DNA of 64,000 nucleotides, taken from positions 1,674,968-1,738,967 of the forward strand of contig CAJFCJ010000009.1 of assembly GCA_904063045.1 (NCBI GenBank), written 5' to 3'. Position numbers and translations under genes: made by a program. The notes under the pieces are model-generated. The model searched no databases. It worked only from the letters and a program-made list of their open reading frames with translations, and was not told where the DNA came from. Of this stretch, positions 47,637 through 58,994 are shown one piece after another. Source of the DNA: Dimorphilus gyrociliatus (lineage: Eukaryota > Animalia > Annelida). Each line of letters opens with the position of its first letter. The first letter of the stretch is position 1.

Positions 47637-50231
47637 TCATTTAGTGCTAAATCCATTACCATTACCATAATTCATCCACTGTTGACCGTACCATTGTTGA
47701 GCTGAGTAGTTATTATACCAATCTTGATCTGTTTTCTTGCGCTTTGACGATGTGTCACCTGAGTAGTCGTCTGGTTTGCGTTTATTATTTCTTTCTTCAT
47801 CCTTTAGCAGTGAGTGAGCAAGTTTAGCTTCCTCAATTTGTTTAACATCAGACGATAAATCATCAAGAAAGTCCAATCTAGATTGAGAGAAATCCAAACG
47901 CTCTTTAACAGTAAAAGTGGAGCTATTTATGCAATCATCAAAGAACTTAAATAAGTTTTCAAAGTCTTGTGCGGTATATAATAAGTTAATTATGAACTGA
48001 GTTAATTTATAATTAGATGATTCAACTCTTCTAACATTTTCTAAAACCGCCTTAGCCTTGTCGAGATTATTCAAAATTTTATAACAAAATCTGGCATACT
48101 TTTCAGCCCAAAATATTTTAACTTTAGAATTTACTGAGGACTCTACAGCTGAATGATACAACTTATCACATTCTTCAAGTTTATTGTAACGTCTTAAAAC
48201 TCCCACTCGGTGTACTATTACAGCTATGATTCCTGGATGTCGAGCTTCAAACTGGTCCAAAATTTTAATAGCGCTCTCCATTCCTGAAATATTTTCTTCG
48301 AAATGTGACCAACTCAAAGCTAAATTAACTTTCATCGGTAAATGTACATTACACGCTCTTTCATAAATGCTTCTAGCCTCTTCAATATGAGAATGATCGG
48401 TCATATATTTTGCATATTTCAGCCAAAATTCTTCATAGAGTGCGCATGAAATGAGACACCTTTCATAAAGGAAAACTATTCTAGTATGATTTTCCTGCTT
48501 CGTTTCATAATCGAGATACTCATGCCAATTTCTTAGTTGAGATCTTTCTATTGGTTTGACATGAAAATATGGTCGCTTTATTGATTCCTCGAAATTCCAG
48601 CGTTTGTTCACTTCAATTGTTGTAGCTTCATGAATAGGTTGTCTTAAACTAAGCATTTTATCTTTTATCAGTCTATTTTCTTCTTCAGCTAGCAAAGGAA
48701 GATCATGTGGATCCATACTATTTTCCGTACATTTACCAAGAGTATCAGCGGCTGTAGCAGGAATGAGGTTTGCTGCTATCATAGCATCTTCATTAGGCGT
48801 GGCAGATTTCGCCATTTTTACAGCTTCTCTTCGTTCTTCCTGAATTTCTCTCTTGAAATTTATATAATCTTCTTCTGGTAAAATATCAACTGGTTCTGAC
48901 CCTTGAATTATTTCAACTAGGGATAAATAATGAGCTGTATACTGATGTGTAGGAATAGCTATAAGTTTATCATAAAGGGATAGCACATTTCTTAAGTTAC
49001 GCTTTTGACTTTCCCAATCAAGTGCCATTTGCCATAGTCGATCTGATTTAAATTCCAAACCACAAGTATCAATAGCTCTAAGGAATAAGTTTCTGATATC
49101 GTCATCATTTTTACTGTTCCTGTCCTTAAATCTATGCTTAATTGTCCATTCTAAATAATGTATCCATAAATCAACCGATAATGGAATCGCTTTTACGCCC
49201 TTTTCAAAGATCTGTAGAAAAACACAGATTTAATTTAATTTTTTAACTAAAAGTATTTCAACTGACGTATACAGTAAAAAGACCCTTTTCTATATCTGAA
49301 ATTTACAAATTTATCTTAGAGCCAGCTGGAATTGTAAAAAATAACTGTTAATATTTATGCATAATATTGCATTTCGCATACCAAAGAAGGACTAAGCCTC
49401 TTATCTATTTACTTTGTACGTGCTCTCGAAATACTTTATATTTTAACCATGTCTGAAAAGCGGAATTGATCTATCGGAATGGACTCAATAGTTTTACTGT
49501 TACCTTCTCAACCTCGTCCGCTCCTTCGTGATTTTTAATAAGGTCAGCGTACTTTTTCCAATATCCATAACAATAAGGGTAGTGGGTTAAAAAGCTGTCC
49601 ATGCCATTTTTAATTTCTTCAACTTTGTTCTATAAGATAAAATTAAATAAAATTACTCATTAAAATTTGGATTTGGAACTCACTTCATTTTCAATCAGTT
49701 GTAAAAGATATGTCCAGGAATTGAAATCTTTAAAATCGGATTTTACTTTAGCCCAGTAAGTTTTTATCTCCTTTGCTGTGCTAGCCAATTCTTCTTCGGC
49801 TTTTTCCGGTGGTGATGTATCCTGAGTGCCGCAGTTAGTTGCATCTGAAGTGTCTGTTGATTTACTAATCGTTTTATTTCCATCCTTAGAGGGTTTAAGT
49901 TCGGTTATTTGAGATCTATAATATTCGGCCCATTGTTTTGCTAAATTTGCTTCTTCCATACGTCCCTCATTTTCAGCAGAAATTGCTTGATTATCATAAT
50001 ATTCTGCCCATTGAAGTGTATGATCTGTCTGATTGTTCGAGTCTTGGCCATTTGTTTCAATATTTGAATCTGTTTCAAAACAATAGTCATAACGCATGAA
50101 ATACGTTTCGGATACGATAGATTGAATAAATAAAGTCACTAAACCCTATATACTATTCCTTTGCGATTTCTTATAGCAGCATTTACAAGAGAAGAATTAC
50201 CTTGTTTTACTTCCATTTCCATAGTCGCCAT
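47637..50231 (-). CDS. PRPF39: Pre-mRNA-processing factor 39 (U1 snRNP HAT-repeat protein), 4 coding exons
   Basis: [88 protein letters not shown] and [19 protein letters not shown]. Confidence 0.95.
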
Positions 50232-51171
50232 TGCTTAACTTGGCTTAAGTCAAAACCAAATGCGTGAATAGCGAATACAATTACCGGAAGTCAAAAGAGT
50301 ATGTAAAATAGTAACAACCACGTAGACTTAACAATGCGACACTTAGTGGCTATATATAGTAATGGCGGAAATTTCCTTATAAGTATTGATTTTTTTTAAA
50401 TTTCAACTAAAATTTCTTTTCTTTTACAGATAATACAACATTTACATTATTTAAAAAATATCTGCTAAACTAAGTAGAATTCTTAAAATTCTGAGGACTT
50501 TAATTAAAATTATTTATATCTTCGGCCATTTTGTTTCGCAAATTTTCTTCTTGTCGCTGTTGTCTCTTTTGGACAGAGAATATTGGTGTAGCATTCTCCC
50601 GAATTCAAATGCTAATACCATGCAAGTTTTTCAGTATCGACTCATAATAAACAAAACAGTATTGCCTAAAATATATATCTAGTAATTAACCATTTCTCTT
50701 TGCAAAATAATGTTAATTTAGTTAAAAACATACATAAGAAGAATACATCTATATGATATAATATTTCCACAATTTCCACATACAATACATCATTCAAACA
50801 AAAGTTGACACATAATAATATTTTATCGATAAGGGAAAAGTAAATTCTCGTATAACTTTGGTAATTTTTTAAAAAGACGTCTATTTAATATTAAAATTTT
50901 TAACAACTAACAGCTGAGTTTTATCATACTTTTAGAATAATGAAAGTGTGGGAAATTTATGCTCAGAGATCCCTATAATAATTGATTGTAGTTGTAAAAG
51001 TTGGAATATATTTTTTTATATGAATAGACGTAACGTGATTTGTTGGAAAAATTTAGGATAAATAAAAAAAAATCAGTTCAAATATGTTCTTCTTTGTCGT
51101 GAACTTTCATAATCATGCAGCTTAGATTAGAAAGAATTTTTTTTCGGAAATATGATATGTCCTGAGAGTCA

Positions 51172-51240
51172 TTACGTCATTTAGTTCTTATGCAAATACG
51201 AAAATGATTCGTCAATGCATACTCACGTGATTGGCGCGAA
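51172..51240 (+). promoter_or_regulatory. Dense transcription-factor motif cluster upstream of the HMG-box gene
   Basis: TTACGTCA (51172-51179), octamer ATGCAAAT (51190-51197), E-box CACGTG (51224-51229), reverse CCAAT (51230-51234) and E2F-type GGCGCGAA (51233-51240). Confidence 0.55.
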
Positions 51241-51256
51241 TGGTAATACCCCTAAA

Positions 51257-54200
51257 ATGTGCGAACAAGCGAATATGACTGATGAAAGCAAAGGTAATGA
51301 AAATTTAACTTCAAGTTGAAACATTTTTTGAAACACTTTTCAACTATAAAACTTTCATAGAAACTTTATCGAACATTTGAGAGTATATGTATGTTTTTCG
51401 ATATCTTTGTAAAATCCAGACGGATGCTAATTTTTACCGTTAGTGTCTGTTGATGGAGCGGTCACTGACCTAAATTTTTAATTATCTTGGCAATTAGTTT
51501 ATATCTTGCTATTTTATTCTTTTGAAAGTTGTTACATTATATTACTTTAAATAAAGTTATCAAAAAAGTTTGAGAAGTTAGGATTTTAAATTTTAAATTG
51601 TAAGAATGAGGGCAGACATATTGGATTTTTCCTTCCAGAATATTTCATCTTCATCTGAATTACCCCAAACCACATTTAATTGACTTATTATGAAGTCTTT
51701 AAAACTTTTAGAACAAAAACTATCAATTTATAACGAAACTTTGTTTAACTCAAACTGACCTGTTCACTCTTGGAGAATTTTGTTCTCGAAAATTTGGCCA
51801 TTTTTGTTCATGAATTCAGTGATATATTTTAACATAAACATGATTACTGGTTACTAATATCTCATTTTTCTGAATAGGTTTTGGTTGTTCTGATAGTGAC
51901 GGGTATTCAGCTCTTCAGTGAGTAAAAAAATTTTACTCAATGAAATTTTTGAGAATTCATTAACTTTTTTTTATCAGAAATTTTGGCACTGACTTGGACC
52001 AAGAAAATTCTGTTGTTAGCAAAGACTTACTCCTGTCACTAGCAATGTAAAAAAAATTAATTTTAATTAAATATTACTAAAGTGTTCCTTTTAGGGATAC
52101 AAACATAAATTCTCAGCTATTTAGTACTAGTAAACGTTCTTCATCGAGTAGCAGTAGTAATCAACTTCGTAAGTACATTGTACAATATTCAACCGATTTC
52201 GTATACACTAAAATAGTCCCTTCAATATAATTGAAGAACTATTAATTTTTTCACTTTAATCTAAAACGTTTAAATCTGGTTTTTATAAACAGAGCTATTA
52301 CAAGTTAATCGAGATATTATAGAATTAGACACAAAACCTCCTTGGTTTCTCGACTCTAATGAGGTAGTCGATAGGCTACAATCTGCAGCTTACAATTCTC
52401 AGATAGGTATATAGAAAATATAATTTTACGGCCTCATTGAACTTAATCTAAAAACTATTACTCTACATTATTAGACTTTGACTTCAATTCTACGTCGGCA
52501 GAGGAAGCAGCTCCTGACAATAGGTTAGCTAACAATTACTCAATAGTCTTAAATCGTAGTCATAAAGTGCTAAACTTCGTAATAACTTATTTTTCTTCAA
52601 TTAGTCATGATTGGTGTATAAATGGGACTCATAGGTAAGGCTTGCATTATAAAATATATAGTATTTTAAATACATACTACTCGTATTTTAGTAGCATCTT
52701 GAGCCAAAGTGATATATCACCAGTATTTCCTCTAACTCCTACTGATTCTAATAAAGAAATAACTGACGGTAAATATACAAGAATCTACATAAACTTTATA
52801 ACGTTCACATCTGTAATTCAACAGATGAAAATTCACAGAAAGTTAAGTTGTCTCCCGATTCGGAAGTTAAAGCCGAAACCACTGATGGAACTGTTCCTGT
52901 GTCATTGGATATTGGAGAAGGTAATTTTCCTTTTTTCTCAAGTTTTCAACTTAACCTTCATTTTTTGAAGTTGTCCAATCGAACGATAAAACAATCGCTG
53001 ACAAAATCAGGTACGTTTTCTTTGCAGTGTATTTACATTTACAGAACATTTTTCTCTAAAATTCGTTTAGAGAATCTTGTCAAAGCAGAGCATCCGTCGA
53101 TTCTAACAAGGAGGAAAGTACTGGTAATAATTCTCTTATATGTCATTTTTCTTTTAACATTTTGTATAAGTCATAATTGTTTCAATTTTATTCTGTTATT
53201 GTAAGTCAATCCATCAGGCAATATTCTTTGAGTTTGTTTATTCGGTAAGTTGACAGTGCTTGAATCAATATTTCCGAACATTAAATGTCAGTCTTAGTTC
53301 TGTTTAGGATATTACTAGTTCCAGCTATAGAGAAAACTTATATTTTCGTTATAATTTAACATAGGTTTTAAATAACCTTAATAAAATAGTAAAAAAAGAG
53401 CGGAAACTCAAAAACCAGAAAGTTTTTTTATTTTTTCGAAAGAAATGAAGTAAAAAAATTGACATTTTTCAGAGGAAATTAGCGAGCCAAAACTGAATTC
53501 TTCCGATATTAAAGATACCACCCAGCATAATCCGGCTAAATTTACTTTAGATCAAGTAACACCTACGGTATGTTGAACTTAACTATCTTGTTCCATCTCC
53601 ATAATACGTTTGCAGATTGGAACAAATATCTTAAAGAAGTTGGACTACATCATTCAAGAGAAAAATACTCTTTTTGATAACTTCTTTCGAATAAAGCGTA
53701 ATAATCGTTCGTTTTTTATATTAAATTTTCTGATAACTTGTCTAATAAAACTATTTATCGTTTTAATTCATTAGAGAAAAAAGTCTGTTCAATTAAAAGA
53801 GAGCACGAGGTAAAAATTTCTCATTTTTATTTTACAGTAAAATAATAATTTGTTTTTACTTTGATAGCAAATTAGCATCAATGAAACTCCGAGGAAAGTA
53901 GGTGAACGCCGAAGGAAACCTTTATATAATTATAAATTGAAAAAAACAGTTAAAAATGGTAAGATAATTTTGGGAGTTTTCAAGATTGAATGATATTATT
54001 TTTTAGCTGAGACTTGTGAAGTTAGTGAAAAGCCTATATTCAAATGGCCCGAATGCCCTACTGGAAGAAGAAAAAAGTTTGTAGCGAATTCTTCAAATAA
54101 ATGCTATTAATTAATATTTCATATAACTTTCAAAAGGGTGAACGCTAAACCAAAACGAATTAAAGAGAAAAGTAAACGCCTTTGGAAGAACGGATTCATG

Positions 54201-55584
54201 CTTTTCGCTAAAAAGTATCGAAAAGCATATTCAATGTAAGAATTTAATAAAAAGCTTGGTTATAAAAGCGTAAATAATATCTATGCAATTTAACATTTTC
54301 AATAGTGCAATGCGTTCTGGAGACGTGCCAAGAACATCAAATTTAATGAATGCTGTCTCTAGATTATGGAGTTCTTTATCGTCATCAGAAAAAGAGAAGT
54401 ATAGCCTTAATTATCTATATGAAGAGGAAGAAACTGATAAACCCTGTGAAAATTTATCTCCCTTTGAACTTCCAACTGAGAGCTCTAATGTAGTTGATAT
54501 TGGGAAGGGTAATGAAATTGATAATCCTGCATGCAAAGAGTATTCTTGCAAACGAAGAAAAATTTCAAGTACAAAAGCAATAGAAGTAAATTTTAAGAGA
54601 AGAAAAACAGAAACAGACAGCAGCAATTATGAGAAACTTATGGGACAGGAAATTATAGAACAAACAACTCATTTAGATAATCCCAACGATAGTGAAGATA
54701 TGCTGAAAATTTTTGATAAGACACCTGAAAAATTTATATCGAATCCATACGAACATTCGTCGAGAATTAGTCCTGCTGTTTCTCGACGAAAGAGAGTACG
54801 GAAGAGTCTCAATTTTGACCATTTGCTTTACGATCAAAGATCCCCTCTCTGCTTTGAAATTCCTGATGTAAATGTATACACTTTACTTCAGGATTACGAT
54901 CCCCCTGACGATTATACTGTTCCAGATGTGTATGATAATGAATATCTTGATTACAAATGGGATTATGATGAAATAGCCAACGTTAAAGAAGCAGATAATT
55001 CAGACTTTGAGTCTCCGAAAATACCTTCAAAATTAAGAACACTTAAGATCATTCAGGAGCCTGAATTGTTATCACAGCAAAAGTTACCAATTTCTATCAA
55101 TATCACTGAACTATTAGAAAGAAACGAACCAGTGATTAATGTAACAGAGCAGGCTTTTAAAAAACAAGGCTTTCCTAATCAACCTGTGAGACTTGTTCAT
55201 ACTCCGAATGTTACTTTGCATCAAGCGAAACCTTCGTCAAGTTTTGCAAAGAGTTCAAACTCTAGAATCTCTGGAGTTAAACACGTTTTTACGTTTAATA
55301 ATTTCGTTAAAACCGCCGAAGAATCGAAAAATCAATCCATTTCAACTGAATCACAATCTACAGACATTAAAGAAAATCAAGAAAACGCTAGTAAAGATAT
55401 CCACACTGTCTTTCAGTTGTTTGAGAGTAGCAAATCTGATAAATATATAGCTGCGAGACCAGCTGGAAATATTGTTTTAAGGTTAACTAATGGAAATGAC
55501 GAAAGTACTGTCTACAAGATTCCTGTTGTAACTTCGGAAGGTGCATGTAAAATTCTATCACTGTTACCTAAGAACAAGAAATAA
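51257..55584 (+). CDS. Multi-exon low-complexity nuclear protein with one central HMG box (exon chain only partly resolved)
   Basis: Splicing 54137-54235 to 54306 gives KRLWKNGFMLFAKKYRKAYSIAMRSGDVPRTSNLMNAVSRLWSSLSSSEKEKYS, an HMG-box pattern. More than ten small GT-AG-flanked exons lie at 51878-54080. One phase conflict near 53570 is unresolved and the 5' end is uncertain. Confidence 0.6.
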
Positions 55585-55888
55585 AGCTCCATGTATGTTT
55601 GATTTTGTTACCTTTAAGAAGAAAAATATCAAATCCACCTCTAATTTTTTTATGCTTATTTAGCGTCTAACGAATTTCATAATTACAATTAAAAATCTAT
55701 GTTGATCTATGGTTGTTCCATAGTTGTTCGTCTTTCAAATGTAAACTTTGTTAACGTGTTTTGATATGTCAGCTAAATTTAAATTTTTCGTTCTAATTAT
55801 ATTAATTTCTCAATTCTACGTAAGCTTTTATTAGTAATTATTTTATCAGTAATATCTAACGCAATAGTTAATTTGTTTAAATGTCATT

Positions 55889-56818
55889 TCATTCCTTAAC
55901 CGTATCAGGTTGACTTGGAACGTCAAAATTAAATACATCATCTCTCGAGTAATGACCGATAACATCAAACTCCAATTTACTTCTAATAATATCTTCCAAA
56001 TCCAAAGTAGCATAAAGAATTCCTGCTTCATTAAACAATGGTCCAGCTATGATTTTTCCTAGAGGCGAAACAATCACACTACCACCAGTTGTAACGATAT
56101 CAGGTAGTTCTTTTATACCTTCTAAGTGCAGAATATCTTCGGGATAATCTGTAGCTTTAACAAATTGATTACAGCTCAAAACAAAGCATCTGCCTTCTCT
56201 AGCAATATGCTGCATACTTGCAACCCACGTATCTCTATGATCAGCTGTTGGAGCCAAATAGATTTCAACTCCTTTATTATACATTGCCATCCTAGCCAAA
56301 GGCATGTAGTTCTCCCAGCAAATAAGCCCGCCGATTTTGCCAATACTTGTATCAAAAGTCGATAAAGTATCTCCGCTACCTTCTCCCCATACCATGCGTT
56401 CTCCAGCTGTAGGCTTCAGTTTTCTGTGTTTTCCAAGAAGTTTTCCGGCAGGAGAGAAATATAAGATAGTGCAATACAGTGTTCCATTTGAAATAGTATC
56501 TCTTTCTATAACTCCAATCACTAAGTAAATGGAGTTTCCTGCAGCTATGCTAGCCAAGCGGTCTGTTGCAGGCCCTGGAACCTGTACAGAACTCTTAACG
56601 TATTTTAACCAGACTTCGCGACCCTCCTCAGTTCGATTTCCCACAACCGTGCCAAATTTAAGACTCTTCGGATAACTAGATACAAAAGCCTCAGGAAAGA
56701 GAATCAATTTTGCCCCTTCCGATGCCGCCTCCTTTGTCAACTTCTCAACTTTTTCCAGGGTATTCTCTAAGTCGAATATTGCGGGAGAATCTTGAACTAC
56801 TGCAACTTTTACTTCCAT
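55889..56818 (-). CDS. Branch-1 (true) nitrilase, carbon-nitrogen hydrolase, 309 aa, uninterrupted ORF
   Basis: Catalytic Glu-Lys-Cys triad in FPEAF, HRKLKPT and ICWENYMPL, with the C-terminal signature FDVIGHYSRDDVF of nitrilases proper. Confidence 0.93.
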   Translation of the reverse strand: MEVKVAVVQDSPAIFDLENTLEKVEKLTKEAASEGAKLILFPEAFVSSYPKSLKFGTVVGNRTEEGREVWLKYVKSSVQVPGPATDRLASIAAGNSIYLVIGVIERDTISNGTLYCTILYFSPAGKLLGKHRKLKPTAGERMVWGEGSGDTLSTFDTSIGKIGGLICWENYMPLARMAMYNKGVEIYLAPTADHRDTWVASMQHIAREGRCFVLSCNQFVKATDYPEDILHLEGIKELPDIVTTGGSVIVSPLGKIIAGPLFNEAGILYATLDLEDIIRSKLEFDVIGHYSRDDVFNFDVPSQPDTVKE

Positions 56819-57631
56819 TATCAGCTTTATTTGGTATAAGGATTGATAATAATAACTTTAAAATGAAAGTTTGCTTTAAATAGTAGTTAACTTTGTTGGT
56901 GTTACGCATGCGCATCTTGTCATAACCTAGAAAAGTATTACTCAGCAAAAAAATTACAAAAACGTTCAAACCGAACGCTATTATTACATCAGCTGGAAAA
57001 AATGAAGGCAAACGATCTAAGTTCAAGAAAGATTACTATCTTTTGAAAAGCCTTTAGGTGGACTGGAATGTTTAAAATTTTGTATATATTTTCTGATTTT
57101 CCTCTGAAATGAAGAATCTAAGAAAAGTTTATATATGTAAATTAGATTAGAGGTCACAAAGAACTAGGTCAAAATAGTGTTCTACACTCTTTTGTTATTA
57201 CGGGCAGTTGAAACAATGTAAGAATATGAAATAACAAGGATAAAAATATGTAATTTAGAATGTTCAATAAATGAAATATCTCTATTATATGTACAATAAT
57301 ACAACGTTAAATTCTCGGATAAAGCTTAAATAGTGGACAGGTTAATTATGTTTTTTATTATAAATAATAGTAACTATTGTGATAGAACGGTATATTTCGG
57401 CCTACTTATTATAATTTAGAGTTGTTGAATAGAAAGAAAAAGAAGAAATGATAGCTTAAATTTTCCAAAGAAGTAACGAATTCTTTCTGTATTTGTCTAG
57501 TTTTTTTTATGAATCTTCTTATCTAATCTAACTAAATTTATGGGCTCTTTTCAAGTATTTGGCCAGACAAAAACAATGGAGTAGAATGTTATATTTGATG
57601 TATTTTTTAGCGACCTCTATTGGATTAGAAA

Positions 57632-58414
57632 ATGAATTACAATTTGCTCATTGTCGCTATATTTATTGTTTTTTTTCAGTCGTTCGTTATATTATCTTTA
57701 TCAAATATCGTCGTTAGACCAAACGAAGTTGGTTGCGAATATAATGGAACTTGCTTATTCCCTCATGATCCCCATGGGCCTCTAGTCTTGTGCGAATACT
57801 TGTAAGTGGACGATAATAGGTGAATTTATGTTGACAGTAATTACGATTCTTCTTAGGCCACACGAATATTTAAAATGTGATGATCCAGAATATGTTGGTG
57901 ATAATGAGACAAAAAGAAAAGAGCTGGGCTACGGATGTACAAAGGTGTTATATTAAATTAAATTAGATTACTACGACATTGTTCTGCTAATTGAAAGATA
58001 AATTTTTATTAATTTTCAGTGGGGTGGTTTAAAATATGAAGATGTGGAACACAGTCGAGTTATGTGTGCAGTTCTTCCGGGAATTGAGTGCTACGGCAAT
58101 AGGCAATTCTTAAGTCTAAAAAGATATCCATGTATAAAGTATAACGGACATTATTTTGTCTCAACACTTTTGTATTCAGTTCTTCTAGGTTTCCTTGGTA
58201 TGGACAGATTTTGTTTAGGTCATACAGGTAAGTGGAAAATGTTTCTTAATAGCAGAAAGTTTTTAATACAACTGGTCTAATTCTATCAGGTACCGCGATT
58301 GGAAAATTGTTAACGTTAGGAGGTGTTGGAATATGGTGGATAGTTGACATTATATTATTAGTGACTGGAAAACTAAACCCAGCAGATGATAGTAACTGGA
58401 TGCCTTACTACTAA
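57632..58414 (+). CDS. TM2D2: TM2 domain-containing protein 2, 4 exons
   Basis: Signal peptide, [106 protein letters not shown]. Confidence 0.93.
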
Positions 58415-58994
58415 ACCATTTTTCTCAACCATCCTCAAAAAATAGAAAGAGATGAATCTTATCAAAGAAATTTGCTCAGTTTATGCAACTGTTTGATACT
58501 TTCTCCAAAAGAAGTCACTTTAAAAGAGAAAGAAAACTGCAAAAAAAAAAAATCAAAAGATTGTACACTTGTGATTTTTTTTTTAATTTTTACTTTAGAA
58601 TTAAATGACACTTATAATGTAAAATTATTTCTTTTTTCTTACAAAAGACATTTTTATTAAAAGAGAAAAACTACTTTGGTCTTTTAAGTTTTGTTTATTA
58701 AATTATTCTCTTAGCCACTTTTTGCAGAAATTCAATAGGCAATGGAAATAATAGAACTTTAAAATATCGTTTATATCATTTAAGAAATTTATTACTAAAT
58801 TTTTTTATAACCAGCCTACATAACAAAAAGATAAAAAGATTAAAATTGTGACTTTTCAACTATATATAATACTTTTTCACTGATTTTTAGCTTTTTTTTT
58901 TTTACATATAATGCGAATTTGGCACCGCAAACTTTTCTACAGTTAAATCTTGTAGATCTTAATTGTTTCTGATCCTTGTTTTTTTGTGGAGAGA

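Noticed and set aside
50585-50619. Imperfect hairpin GGTGTAGCATT...AATGCTAATACC, and similar small palindromes at 44706-44719 and about 45123-45140
   Set aside because: The stems are too short for a pre-miRNA or tRNA, occur as single copies, and lack support for a defined RNA element.
51640-51830. Stop-bounded 44-codon minus-strand frame (IDSFCSKSFKDFIISQLNVVWG…) within the HMG gene's first intron
   Set aside because: It has no start codon, splice support or recognisable motif.
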